From an uncultured bacterium (GTDB lineage: Bacteria; Gemmatimonadota; Gemmatimonadetes; Gemmatimonadales; Gemmatimonadaceae): DNA of 64,000 nucleotides. The translations under genes and the position numbers were made by a program. Shown piece after piece: positions 9,527 through 19,058 of this stretch (positions within the stretch are counted from its first letter, which is position 1; each line of letters opens with the position of its first letter). Under the pieces are notes generated by a model, which searched no databases, was not told where the DNA came from, and saw nothing but the letters and a program-made list of their open reading frames with translations. The DNA is taken from NCBI GenBank assembly GCA_963978095.1, contig CAXBQP010000006.1:1-64000 (forward strand), written 5' to 3'.

Positions 9527-9576
9527 CGATTTTCCAGACCGAAAATCGTCAATGAGCACCGAAAATCGTGATTTTC
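9527..9576. promoter_or_regulatory. Four GAAAATC half-sites (two inverted pairs) in an AT-rich divergent promoter region
   Basis: CGATTTTC-cagacc-GAAAATCG (9527-9548), GAAAATC-gt-GATTTTC (9561-9576); ACCGAAAATCGT repeats at 9538 and 9558. Confidence 0.5.
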
Positions 9577-9753
9577 AGCGCGCATCTCATTACCTGCTGG
9601 TCACTTGCGTAGCTGTTGAAATTTCATATACTTGGCGAAACCACTTCGCGCGGATTGTCGTGAGTCTGGTCCACCGGCCCCAAAGGTCGATCCACGCGAG
9701 CCTCGGTGTCACATCACGAGCGACACCTGCTCTATCGCGGAGCATAGAACAGA

Positions 9754-10323
9754 ATGGCAGACAAGACTCCTGCGGCCGCCAAGGGCGCCGCGGACGAGAC
9801 GGCGGCACCGGCTGCCGCTCCTGCACGCCGTAGCCCGGGACACCGCGGCGCGGATGTACGTGATACGGTCGCCGAGATGGCGGCGAAGGCGCATGAGATC
9901 AGCATGGAGGCTGGCAGCAAGATGTCGGCCGCCGTGAAGGACATTATCAATGCGGCTGCCGGGCTGACGACGTTCGCCGTCGAGAGCGCCCGGGACTTGG
10001 TACAGTTCATGGTGCGTCGTGGCCAAATGACGCAGGACGAAGCCGATCGCTTGATTCGAGAGGCTGAGGAGTCGTGGTCCAAGAAACATAAAGGCTTGAA
10101 GCCGCCCGCTCGGCCGGAAGCCAAGGCGTCGGCCAAGCCCGCTGCCAAGCCCGCCGCCAAGGCGCCGGTGAAGGCTGCGAAGCCGACGGCAAAGCCGGCC
10201 GGCAAGGCTGCGGCGAAGGCTGCGAAGCCGGCAGCATCCAAGAAGGCCCCGGCGAAGGTTGCAAAGCCGGCGGCATCCAAGAAAGCCCCGGCATCCAAGA
10301 AAGCCCCGGCGCCCAAGAAGTAA
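9754..10323 (+). CDS. Phasin-like N-domain plus histone H1-like AAKP tail (PhaF-like architecture)
   Basis: GLTTFAVESARDLVQFMVRRGQMTQDEADRLI, then KPAA/SKKAPA repeats. Confidence 0.7.
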   Translation: MADKTPAAAKGAADETAAPAAAPARRSPGHRGADVRDTVAEMAAKAHEISMEAGSKMSAAVKDIINAAAGLTTFAVESARDLVQFMVRRGQMTQDEADRLIREAEESWSKKHKGLKPPARPEAKASAKPAAKPAAKAPVKAAKPTAKPAGKAAAKAAKPAASKKAPAKVAKPAASKKAPASKKAPAPKK

Positions 10324-10354
10324 GGGCGCCGGGCTATCGGTCCCGGCTGACCTC

Positions 10355-11536
10355 ATGACGGTCGATTCCGTGCCGCGCGGGGACGCGCTCGCGCTCACGC
10401 GAGCGCTGGTCGCCGTCGATTCTCGCAATCCGGCATTGGTCGAGGGGGCCCCCGGCGAGCGCGCGGTCGCGCAGCGACTCGCCGAGGTCCTCGTGGACTG
10501 GGGACTCGAGGTCACGGTGATGGACGCCGGCGCAGGACGTCCGAACGTGGTTGCCCGGGCGACGAATCCTGCCACGCGGTCGTCGAACCGCCGTTCCCTG
10601 CTCTTCAACGGGCATCTCGACACCGTGGGCGTGGAAGGGATGATCCATGCGCCGTGGGATCCCACCGTCCGGGATGGTCGTCTCTACGGGCGCGGGGCGA
10701 CCGACATGAAGGCCGGCGTTGCGGCGATGTGCGCGGCCGCCGTCCATGCGGTCGACGCGGGCCTCGCCGGTGAGATCATCATCACCGCGGTGGCGGACGA
10801 GGAATATGGCAGCATCGGGACGCGCGCGATCATCGACGCGGGGATTCGCGCCGATGCCGCGATCGTCACTGAACCGACGCGCCTCGCGATCGTCCCGGCT
10901 CACCGTGGCTTTGCGTGGGCGACCGTCACCGTCCACGGACGGGCGGCGCACGGGAGTCGATACGATATCGGCGTCGATGCCAACACGTTGGCCGCGCTGG
11001 TGATGACAGAGGTGGAGCAGCATCAGCAGACGGTGCTGACGACCCGGGGGCATCCGTTGCTCGGACGCCCCTCCGTGCACGCGGCACGCGTCAGCGGTGG
11101 ACTGGGACTCTCCACGTACGCCGACCAGTGCGTCATCGCCTATGAGCGCCGCACGGTGCCCGGGGAATCCGCGGAGACGTTCGCCGCAGAACTCCAGGCG
11201 GCGTGCGATCGTGTTCGGGCGCGGCGCCCGGAACTGCGCACCGACATCACGGTCGGATTCTCGCAGGGGCCCAACGACATCGCGCCGACGCACCCGATCG
11301 TCCGCGCCCTGACGTCCGCGTTGGAACACGAGCGGCGCCCGAGTCCGATCGAGGGGCTCGCGTGCTGGACGGACGCCGCGCTGTTGTCCGCCGCCGGGAT
11401 TCCGGCGATCTGTTTCGGCCCGGGCGACATCGCGCTGGCGCACGCCGCCGAGGAATACGTGGAGGTCGAGGAGATCGCGGTGGCGTCGCGTGTCCTCACG
11501 CGACTCGCGTTGGCGTGGTGCGGAGGCACCCCCTGA
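10355..11536 (+). CDS. M20 family deacylase (ArgE/DapE-like)
   Basis: LLFNGHLDTV, GRLYGRGATDMKAG, ADEE, VTEP, AHAAEE. Confidence 0.92.
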   Translation: MTVDSVPRGDALALTRALVAVDSRNPALVEGAPGERAVAQRLAEVLVDWGLEVTVMDAGAGRPNVVARATNPATRSSNRRSLLFNGHLDTVGVEGMIHAPWDPTVRDGRLYGRGATDMKAGVAAMCAAAVHAVDAGLAGEIIITAVADEEYGSIGTRAIIDAGIRADAAIVTEPTRLAIVPAHRGFAWATVTVHGRAAHGSRYDIGVDANTLAALVMTEVEQHQQTVLTTRGHPLLGRPSVHAARVSGGLGLSTYADQCVIAYERRTVPGESAETFAAELQAACDRVRARRPELRTDITVGFSQGPNDIAPTHPIVRALTSALEHERRPSPIEGLACWTDAALLSAAGIPAICFGPGDIALAHAAEEYVEVEEIAVASRVLTRLALAWCGGTP

Positions 11537-11754
11537 TGGCACAGTTGTCGGTGGCGCAGTATGACGCGCTCGAGGATGCGATCCGCGACGGCAAGCGGAT
11601 TGCGGTGTATCGGCGCGGTACCGAGTACATGGTCGTGCCGAGCCGGCTCGTGTTGCGCGGACGCCGGGAAGCGATCGAAGCCCGGCATCCGACCACCGGG
11701 CAGCCGCTCACGCTGTGGGTCGATGAAGCGGACTCGATCGAGGTGCTGGCATGA
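11536..11754 (+). CDS. Hypothetical protein (72 aa)
   Basis: Translationally coupled at both ends (TGATG and ATGA); MAQLSVAQYDALEDAI... Confidence 0.7.
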   Translation: MAQLSVAQYDALEDAIRDGKRIAVYRRGTEYMVVPSRLVLRGRREAIEARHPTTGQPLTLWVDEADSIEVLA

Positions 11755-12371
11755 CCGACGCCGCCTCGCGCGACCTGCTGGCGATCTACGCCGACGAATC
11801 GTGCCTCGGCAATGGCCGCGAGGGGGACAATCCCGGCGGTGCCGGCGCCTTGGTGGAGTACCGGACGGCAGCCGGCGTCATGGTGCGTCGGGATCTGTGG
11901 TTGAGTGAGCCCGGCACGACCAACAATCGCATGGCGCTGCGGTCCGTGTCGGAGACGCTCGCGGCCATCGGCGCGCGGGGCGCGCGCTTCCGCGTCGTGT
12001 TCACCACCGACTCGCGGTACATCGTCGACGGCATGACCCAGTGGGTCTTCGGATGGGCGCGCAACGGATGGAAACGCAAGACCGGCGCGATCGAGAATCT
12101 GGAGCTCTGGCGTGGCGCGATCCGCGCGGTGGACGGGCACGCCGTCTCGTGGCGCTGGGTCAAGGGACACAACGGACACGCGCAGAACGAGTACGCCAAT
12201 CACCTGGCGACAACCGCCGCCTCCGAGCAGTCGAACTCCGGCGGCTTGGTGGAATCGGAGTTCGACCGCTGGCTCGCTCGCGCGCGCGCCAAGGGCGCCC
12301 GGCACGCGGATCCGAGTCCGTTCCCGGACGACGCGACTTTCAAGGCGTCGCCCACCCTCCCTCGGGCCTGA
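11751..12371 (+). CDS. rnhA: Ribonuclease HI
   Basis: YADESCLGN, TTNNRM, TDSRY, GWKRK, NLELW, WVKGHNGH..NE. Confidence 0.88.
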   Translation: MTDAASRDLLAIYADESCLGNGREGDNPGGAGALVEYRTAAGVMVRRDLWLSEPGTTNNRMALRSVSETLAAIGARGARFRVVFTTDSRYIVDGMTQWVFGWARNGWKRKTGAIENLELWRGAIRAVDGHAVSWRWVKGHNGHAQNEYANHLATTAASEQSNSGGLVESEFDRWLARARAKGARHADPSPFPDDATFKASPTLPRA

Positions 12372-12387
12372 CCGGAGCGCCGCCGGC

Positions 12388-13041
12388 ATGACGGAACTGG
12401 ATCGTCTCTTCGCTGAACTCGTCCGGGTGCTCCGCGACGTGCGCCCCGATCAACTGACGCACCCGCTCGAGGTCGCGGAGCTGCTCGGCTATGTGCCGTA
12501 TCGCACCGTGCGGGCCGCCATCGGCACCGAGACCAACGATGATTACGCGCACGTCGTGATGCGCTTGCTGTCGGGGGAGGGGGGATACGTGCTCGCCGAC
12601 GAGATGCTCCAGGACGACATGCGGAACGAGTTGTCGTCACCGAACCCGAATCTCGCCGTGTACCGGTCGTACCTGAACGCGCACGTCACGCTGTCGCCGA
12701 CGCACACGCAGCAGGTGCTGGCGGGACTTCCCTCCCGATCGCCGGCGGCGGTGATGCCGGCGCCGGATCGCGTCGTCACGAACCAGACGGAGCGCGATTT
12801 GAGTGCGCTGGCCGCGGCGCTGGCCGACGTGGCCGCCGCCCCGGTGCGTGTGGACGAGCGTCCACGACCACACCCGCTCGGGGCGTGCACGCACTGTGGC
12901 CACCCCCTCCCCGACGGACGCGACGCCCACTTCTGCCCGCACTGCGGACGGCGCATGCTCGTGCGCCGCTGCGCCGGCTGCAGCAGTGAGCTCGAGGCGG
13001 GTTGGAAGTTCTGCATCACGTGCGGCCGCGCGTCCTCCTGA
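12388..13041 (+). CDS. Double zinc ribbon domain protein
   Basis: C-terminal CTHC..FCPHC..CAGC..WKFCITCG. Confidence 0.8.
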   Translation: MTELDRLFAELVRVLRDVRPDQLTHPLEVAELLGYVPYRTVRAAIGTETNDDYAHVVMRLLSGEGGYVLADEMLQDDMRNELSSPNPNLAVYRSYLNAHVTLSPTHTQQVLAGLPSRSPAAVMPAPDRVVTNQTERDLSALAAALADVAAAPVRVDERPRPHPLGACTHCGHPLPDGRDAHFCPHCGRRMLVRRCAGCSSELEAGWKFCITCGRASS

Positions 13042-13085
13042 CGCGGCGACTATCCCATCGCCGGCCCATCACGTAGCGTTCGTCC

Positions 13086-14162
13086 ATGACCGCGTCGTCA
13101 TCCTCGTCCCCGAACGACACCGCCGCACGGCTCCGCTACGCCGAGTCATTCGGGCGCGCGGTACTCCCCGAGGTCTCGCGGACCTTCGCGATCTCCATCC
13201 GCTTCCTGCCGGGGACGCTCGGACGTGCCGTCCTGACCGCGTATCTCTTGTGCCGGATCGCCGACACGATCGAAGATGACGGAACCGCCACACCGGAGCG
13301 GAAGCGCGCACTGCTCGACCTGTTCCTGCGCGGCTTGAGCGATGCCGGGGTGGCCGACGGGTTCCCGGTGGCGGCAGCCGACATCCGGGGCGACCCGGCG
13401 CACGTGGATCTGTTGCGTCACACCGACCTGGTGTGCGTGTTGCTCCGCTCGCTCCCCGACCGCACGCGCGAGCGCGTGATGCACTGGGTGGGGGTGATGG
13501 TGCACGGGATGCGGAAGTTCGTCGGACTGTACCCGAACGGGATCCGCATCCAAACCGTCGCGGAGTATCGCGAATATTGCTACTACGTCGCGGGAACGGT
13601 GGGGTGCATGCTCACCGAACTCTGGCAGCTGCACGGGCCGGGGATCGGCGCGAAGGAGTTCGCCAAGTTGTGGGACAAGTGCCAGCAGTTCGGCCAGGCT
13701 CTGCAGACGGTGAACATCCTGAAGGACATCGCGTGGGACGCGCGCCACGAGAACTCGATCTACATCCCCGAGCATTCGCTGGCGGCCCAGGGGAGTGGGC
13801 ACGCCACCTTGCTCTCGCCGGAACACCTCGAGCGCAATCACGCGGCCGTGGTGGGCTTCATCGAGATGGCGTGGAAGGACCTCGACGATGCCCTCGAGTA
13901 CATCCTCATGCTTCCGCGCCGCGCGATCGCCATTCGCGCGTTCTGCGTGCTGCCGCTGCTCTTCGCCTATGCGACATTGCGCGACCTCACGCGGACGCAG
14001 GCGATGTTGATCGAAGGCGGAACGGTGAAGATCGGGCGCGCCGAGGTGAAGTCCCTGATGGTCGCGGGGCTGATGGCCTTGGTGAGCAACGCAGCGCTCC
14101 GTGCGCTCGTGGAACGGGTGAAGCGTCGGCGGTTCGCGCCCTTCGCCCCCGCAGGGGCCTGA
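13086..14162 (+). CDS. Squalene/phytoene synthase family protein (squalene synthase-like)
   Basis: VSRTFA, YLLCRIADTIEDD, YCYYVAGTVG, LQTVNILKD. Confidence 0.88.
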   Translation: MTASSSSSPNDTAARLRYAESFGRAVLPEVSRTFAISIRFLPGTLGRAVLTAYLLCRIADTIEDDGTATPERKRALLDLFLRGLSDAGVADGFPVAAADIRGDPAHVDLLRHTDLVCVLLRSLPDRTRERVMHWVGVMVHGMRKFVGLYPNGIRIQTVAEYREYCYYVAGTVGCMLTELWQLHGPGIGAKEFAKLWDKCQQFGQALQTVNILKDIAWDARHENSIYIPEHSLAAQGSGHATLLSPEHLERNHAAVVGFIEMAWKDLDDALEYILMLPRRAIAIRAFCVLPLLFAYATLRDLTRTQAMLIEGGTVKIGRAEVKSLMVAGLMALVSNAALRALVERVKRRRFAPFAPAGA

Positions 14163-14167
14163 CACGG

Positions 14168-15802
14168 ATGGCCCCCGTGGCGGGGTCCACGCGGACCCCA
14201 CCGGCGGAGTTCCGCGGCGTTTTCCGGACCGATGCCGCCGCGTGCGGCGTGTACAGCGAGTCGGCCGGGATCGCGCGGATCATGCCACGAGCGGTCGCCG
14301 TGCCCGCGGACGCCGACGATGTCGTCACCCTGGTCCGGTGGGCCTTCACCAACGGTGTGCCGCTTGTGGCGCGCGGCTCGGGGAGCTCGATGGCGAATGG
14401 TGCCGTGGGTGACGGCGTCGTAGTCGACCTCGGCCAGCTGCGGTCGCACGCCCCACCGAACCCCGCCACCGCTCGGATGGTCTGCGGCACCGGAGTCGAG
14501 CGTGATCACGTCGAGCACCTGGCGAATCAGGTGCGGCTGTCGTTCCCGGTGGATCCCTCCAGCGGTGCGTTCGCGACGCTGGGAGGGATGGTCGCCTGCA
14601 ATGCCGCCGGTCCGCGGTCGCTGCGCTTCGGACCGACGCGGGCGTGGGTGCACGGACTCGATTGCGTGTTTGCCGATGGGACGAGGGCGTGGATCCGGCG
14701 AGGTGCCGCCCTCCCGACCGGTCTTCCGGTCGTCGAGCGTTTCCTCCGCGAGGTCGGGCCGCGCGTGTTGGCGTCACGAGATGCGCTGGCGCATCCGGGG
14801 GTGCGCAAGGACTCGAGCGGCTACGCGCTGGCCGCGTGGCGCGAGACCGGCGACCTGGTGGACCTGTTGGTCGGCAGCGAAGGAACGCTGGCGCTGTTCG
14901 TCAATGTGGAACTCCGGCTCGTGGCGATGTCGAACGCGACCGCGAGTCTGTTCGTGACGTTCGACACGCTCGAAGCCGCGGTGGTCGCGGCAGGACAGGC
15001 CACGACGCTCGGTGCCACGGCGGTCGAGTTGCTCGACAAGACGTTTCTCGATGTCGTGCGTTCGTCCACCAACATCCCGATCGGTGAGGGCGCCGAGGGG
15101 GCGTTGTTGATCGAGGCGGAGGGGGTCAGCGGACAGGCTGCCGCGGCGCACATGCGACGCATCGCCGATGCATGTCGCGCGGCGGGAGCGGCGAGCGTGT
15201 TGGAAGCCCCGGACGCCTCCCTGGAGCGCCGGATCTGGGCGATTCGTCACGCGGCCAGCCCGACGCTGGCTCGGTTGCATCCGCATCTCTCGTCCATGCA
15301 GCTGGTGGAGGACGGAGCGGTGCCGCCGGCACGGTTTCCCGACTACGTGCGGGGCGTGCGTGCCGCGTTCGCCGCGCAGCGCATGCAGTGCGTGATCTTC
15401 GGCCATGCCGGCGACGCCCACGCACATGTGAATGCGCTGGTGGACGTGCGCGAGGCGGATTGGCGCGGCCGACTCGCGGCGGTGCTCGCCGACGTGACGG
15501 CGCTGGTCGCCCGACTCGGTGGCACGCTGAGCGCCGAGCACGGCGACGGACGGCTGCGCACCCCGTTGCTGGCGCAGGTATGGAGTGCCGAGTCGATGGC
15601 CCTCTTTGCCGCGACCAAGTCGGCCTTTGACCCCACGGGGATCCTGAACCCCGGGGTGAAGGTCCCGCTTGCCGGTCAGGTGCCCATCTCCGCGATCAAG
15701 TACGACCCCGACGCCGGGCCGATCGCTCCAGAGGCGCGGATGGCGTTGGACGCGGTGAGCCGGTCCAAGGGGTGGGCGCAACATCGGCTCGGTTTGCTCT
15801 AG
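14168..15802 (+). CDS. FAD-linked oxidase, D-2-hydroxyacid dehydrogenase (GlcD/Dld-like)
   Basis: ARGSGSS, FPVDPSS..ATLGGM...NAAG, GSEGTL, FGHAGD..H, AEHGDG, FDP.GILNPG. Confidence 0.88.
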   Translation: MAPVAGSTRTPPAEFRGVFRTDAAACGVYSESAGIARIMPRAVAVPADADDVVTLVRWAFTNGVPLVARGSGSSMANGAVGDGVVVDLGQLRSHAPPNPATARMVCGTGVERDHVEHLANQVRLSFPVDPSSGAFATLGGMVACNAAGPRSLRFGPTRAWVHGLDCVFADGTRAWIRRGAALPTGLPVVERFLREVGPRVLASRDALAHPGVRKDSSGYALAAWRETGDLVDLLVGSEGTLALFVNVELRLVAMSNATASLFVTFDTLEAAVVAAGQATTLGATAVELLDKTFLDVVRSSTNIPIGEGAEGALLIEAEGVSGQAAAAHMRRIADACRAAGAASVLEAPDASLERRIWAIRHAASPTLARLHPHLSSMQLVEDGAVPPARFPDYVRGVRAAFAAQRMQCVIFGHAGDAHAHVNALVDVREADWRGRLAAVLADVTALVARLGGTLSAEHGDGRLRTPLLAQVWSAESMALFAATKSAFDPTGILNPGVKVPLAGQVPISAIKYDPDAGPIAPEARMALDAVSRSKGWAQHRLGLL

Positions 15803-15888
15803 GGCTGCGTTCGGCCGCAGGGCGAAGCCCTGGCGCCCGGACGGCGCGTCGGGACGTTATTTTTCCGGGGAACTCAACCCCCGCGCCG

Positions 15889-16644
15889 ATGCCGCATTTC
15901 TATACCGAGCCCAAGATCACCGTCCTCGCCCGGCCGCAGTTCGTGGAGCCGGCGCACCTCCCCGTGAACTGGCTGGGAGAGAGCACCGATGGTGAGCGGC
16001 TCGCGGAGTTCGCGGGGCGGCTCTGTTACATGAGCCAGAAGAACCCGGCCAACCGGACGACGCGCGACTATCTCGAGAACATCAAGAAGCAGGGGCATGG
16101 CAGCGTGCTCGAGCATGCCACGTACTCCTTGCTGTTCGAGGGGATCAGCCGGTCGCTGACGCACGAGTTGGTGCGGCATCGTGCGGGGTTCGCGTACTCG
16201 CAGCTGAGCCAGCGTTACGTGGACGAGAGCGACGCCGCCTTCGTGGTGCCGCCGTCGATCATCGGGGACGACACGCTGATGCAGGCGTGGCAATCACAGA
16301 TCGAATCGGCGCAGGCCTCGTACGTGGCGCTCGTGGCGGAGCTCATGGAGCGCTACAAGTGGGTGGAGGACAGGGTCCACCGCCGGAAGATGGCGCGCGA
16401 GGCCGCGCGCGGGGTGTTGCCGAACTCGACCGAGACGAAGATCGTGGTGACGGCGAATGTGCGTGCGTGGCGCACGATGCTGGAGCTGCGTTCGAGCGAG
16501 GGCGCGGAGTTCGAGATCCGTCGGATGGCGGTGGCGACGCTGCGGATCATGCAGCAGGAAGCGCCGGGGCTGTTCTCGGACTTCGAGGTGTATGTGGCGC
16601 CGGATCGTGCGGAGGCGGCGCGGATCGGGTATCACAAGATCTGA
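15889..16644 (+). CDS. thyX: FAD-dependent thymidylate synthase
   Basis: GRLCY, GHGSVLEH, SRSLTHELVRHR...SQLSQRYV (RHRX7S), EAAR. Confidence 0.96.
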   Translation: MPHFYTEPKITVLARPQFVEPAHLPVNWLGESTDGERLAEFAGRLCYMSQKNPANRTTRDYLENIKKQGHGSVLEHATYSLLFEGISRSLTHELVRHRAGFAYSQLSQRYVDESDAAFVVPPSIIGDDTLMQAWQSQIESAQASYVALVAELMERYKWVEDRVHRRKMAREAARGVLPNSTETKIVVTANVRAWRTMLELRSSEGAEFEIRRMAVATLRIMQQEAPGLFSDFEVYVAPDRAEAARIGYHKI

Positions 16645-16754
16645 GGGCGGTTGCCCCAGCTCGGCGTCTGCATCTTCTACCTCGCGACGAGTCCGAGCGA
16701 CTCCCGGAGCTCGTGCGGGTGACGTCAAGGATGGAATCCCCACGAGCCGGATGG

Positions 16755-16793
16755 AAAAACGGACGAGCCCGGTCGCGTGGCGGCCGGGCTCGT
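16755..16793 (-). terminator. Intrinsic terminator hairpin between convergent thyX and the small ORF
   Basis: ACGAGCCCGGTCGC-gtg-GCGGCCGGGCTCGT with AAAAA at 16755-16759 (U5 on the minus strand). Confidence 0.65.
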
Positions 16794-16836
16794 GGTGCTC
16801 GTCGTGTCGGCGCGGGACGGGCCGCGCCGTCAGGAA

Positions 16837-17064
16837 TCAGCCTTCGTCGGAATCCGACCAGTCCGCCCCGTCGCTCTCCCGGAAGACCGCGAGCTGCTCC
16901 TCGCGGATCGGCGGGTCGAGAAGGACGGCCTGGAACCCCGCCGGACCGCCGCTTGGCGCGAGCATGAGGCCCTGCGCCGATCCTTCGGTACCGACGCCGA
17001 AATACGTCTCCAGGAGCACATTGGCTTCCGAGGCGAGCAGATCGAGGGCGTGGAGCGGATTCAT
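16837..17064 (-). CDS. Small acidic hypothetical protein (75 aa)
   Basis: Protein-like composition, AT-rich upstream region, downstream terminator. Confidence 0.55.
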   Translation of the reverse strand: MNPLHALDLLASEANVLLETYFGVGTEGSAQGLMLAPSGGPAGFQAVLLDPPIREEQLAVFRESDGADWSDSDEG

Positions 17065-17241
17065 CAGGATGATTCCGGTAGGTGAACGGGGAGAGGGGCC
17101 GACCGACCCTCCTCTGAGTGCTATACCTTCCCTTTTGAGTATCGGTCACAGGGTGTCATTGATTAATTGAAACTTTCATCGATTCTTAACAAGCCAGCGG
17201 ACAAGAACGTCTGCTCGAGAGTCGCCTCAACGGAGTGAGCT

Positions 17242-19056
17242 ATGTCGGATCGTCGGGTCGTCGGCCGGTGGCGTTTCGGGAGCGGCGCTCGGATGCTGTG
17301 CGGCGCCGGCGCGGTGTGGGGGGCGGCTGCCTGTGGGGGGAACGCCGCGACTGGCGGCTCGCACACCGGCGCCCTCCCGGCCATGGCCCCCGTCGGCCCC
17401 CGGGAGCAGACGGCCGACCAACAGCTGTCCCACGTGCTGAGTCGACTGTCGTTCGGGGCGCGCCCGGGTGACATGCAGCGCGTCCGCGAGATGGGGGTGG
17501 ACGGGTGGATCGACCTCCAGCTGCACCCGGAACGGATCGACGACGCGGCCGCCGAGCAGTTCATGCACGAGAACTACACGCTGCTGGAGGTCGACGCGGC
17601 CGAGTTGCAGCGGATGGTCCCCCCGCCCGGTGTGTTGCAGCAGGAACTGGCCGCGCGCACCAAAGGACGCGAGGCCACGGCCGCCGACAGCGCCGATTAC
17701 AAGAAAGCGCTGGAGGCCACCCGCCGGCTCGTGGGCGAAGTGAACAGCGCGCGGGTGACGCGTGCCGCCACGAGTCAGCGTCAGTTGCAGGAAGTCATGG
17801 TCGACTTCTGGCTCAATCATTTCACGGTGTATGCCGCGAAGGGGCCGCAAGCGCGGTATCACTTGGCGGAGTACGAGACCAAATCGATCCGGCCGCACGC
17901 ACTGGGCAAGTTCCGCGATCTTTTGGGCGCGGTGGCCAAGAGCCCTGCGATGCTCTTCTATTTGGACAACTGGCAGAGTCAGGCCGACAGCACCCGTCCG
18001 CGGCTCGTGATGGCCGGGGGCCGACTCACCGCACTCTCGCCCGCGCAGATTCGCGCCCTGCAGACCCGTACGGCGGCCGGGGGACGCGGGCAACCGGCGA
18101 TTCCCGCCACCCCACCCCGCGGACGGGCCGGACTCAACGAGAACTATGGGCGTGAGCTGCTCGAACTGCACACGCTGGGGGTGGACGGTGGCTACACGCA
18201 GAGCGATGTGATCAACGTCGCCCGCGCGCTCACGGGGTGGACGCTCCAGGGCCCGCGGCAGGCGGAGAGCGGGTTCAACTTCGTTCCACTGATGCACGAT
18301 GCCGGCGAGAAAGTCGTGCTCGGGCATGTCCTCCCGGCCGGCCGCGGCGTCGAGGACGGCGAGGAGGTGCTCGATATCGTCGCGCGGCATCCGAGCACGG
18401 CGCATTACATCGCGTTCAAGCTGGCCCGCCATTTCGTGAGCGACGTCCCGAGCCCCGCGCTGGTGGATCGCGCGGCGGCGGTCTTCACGGCGACCGACGG
18501 TGACATCCGCGAAGTGCTCCGGACGATCATCACCAGTCAGGAGTTCTTTTCGGTGGCGGCGTATCGCGGCAAGGTGAAATCGCCGTTCGAGGTCGTGGTG
18601 AGCACCGTGCGCGCGCTCGACGGCAAGCCGGATCCCACCCCGCGCACCGCCCAGCTCGTGGCTGGGCTCGGCCAGCCGATTTTCGGCCACCAGACTCCGG
18701 ATGGCTGGCCGGACACCGGCGACAAATGGATGAACACCGGGGCGATCATGCAGCGCATCAACTTCGGCTTCGTCGCGGCGTCCGGGCGCGTCCCCGGCGC
18801 GGCACCCACCGGATTCCCGGGCGCCGATGCGCTCAAGAACGCTCCGCTCGAGCAGCAGGTGGATGCCGTGGCCTCGGCGTTGCTCGGCGGGTCGATTTCC
18901 GCCGACACCCGCGCCGTGCTGTTGAGCGGCAGCAATCCGTTACTGAAAACGACGCCGGCGGACGGCGCCATGGCCGGTCGTCCGTTGCCGCCGATCAAGG
19001 GCATCAACCAGGTGATCGGCCTCGCGCTTGGCTCCCCTGAATTCCAGCGGCGGTAA
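17242..19056 (+). CDS. DUF1800 domain protein
   Basis: HVLSRLSFG, LQEVMVDFWLNHF, GKFRDLL..V.KSPAML.YLDN, NENYGRELLELHTLG, KVKSPFE, SPEFQRR. Confidence 0.92.
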   Translation: MSDRRVVGRWRFGSGARMLCGAGAVWGAAACGGNAATGGSHTGALPAMAPVGPREQTADQQLSHVLSRLSFGARPGDMQRVREMGVDGWIDLQLHPERIDDAAAEQFMHENYTLLEVDAAELQRMVPPPGVLQQELAARTKGREATAADSADYKKALEATRRLVGEVNSARVTRAATSQRQLQEVMVDFWLNHFTVYAAKGPQARYHLAEYETKSIRPHALGKFRDLLGAVAKSPAMLFYLDNWQSQADSTRPRLVMAGGRLTALSPAQIRALQTRTAAGGRGQPAIPATPPRGRAGLNENYGRELLELHTLGVDGGYTQSDVINVARALTGWTLQGPRQAESGFNFVPLMHDAGEKVVLGHVLPAGRGVEDGEEVLDIVARHPSTAHYIAFKLARHFVSDVPSPALVDRAAAVFTATDGDIREVLRTIITSQEFFSVAAYRGKVKSPFEVVVSTVRALDGKPDPTPRTAQLVAGLGQPIFGHQTPDGWPDTGDKWMNTGAIMQRINFGFVAASGRVPGAAPTGFPGADALKNAPLEQQVDAVASALLGGSISADTRAVLLSGSNPLLKTTPADGAMAGRPLPPIKGINQVIGLALGSPEFQRR

Positions 19057-19058
19057 CC

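Noticed and set aside
10120..10320. Tandem DNA repeats (GCCAAGCCG, GCATCCAAGAA)
   Set aside because: They encode the AAKP/SKKAPA protein tail and have no spacers, so they are not CRISPR.
16680..16750. tRNA-like element after thyX
   Set aside because: No T-loop (GTTCRA) or cloverleaf, only a simple hairpin.
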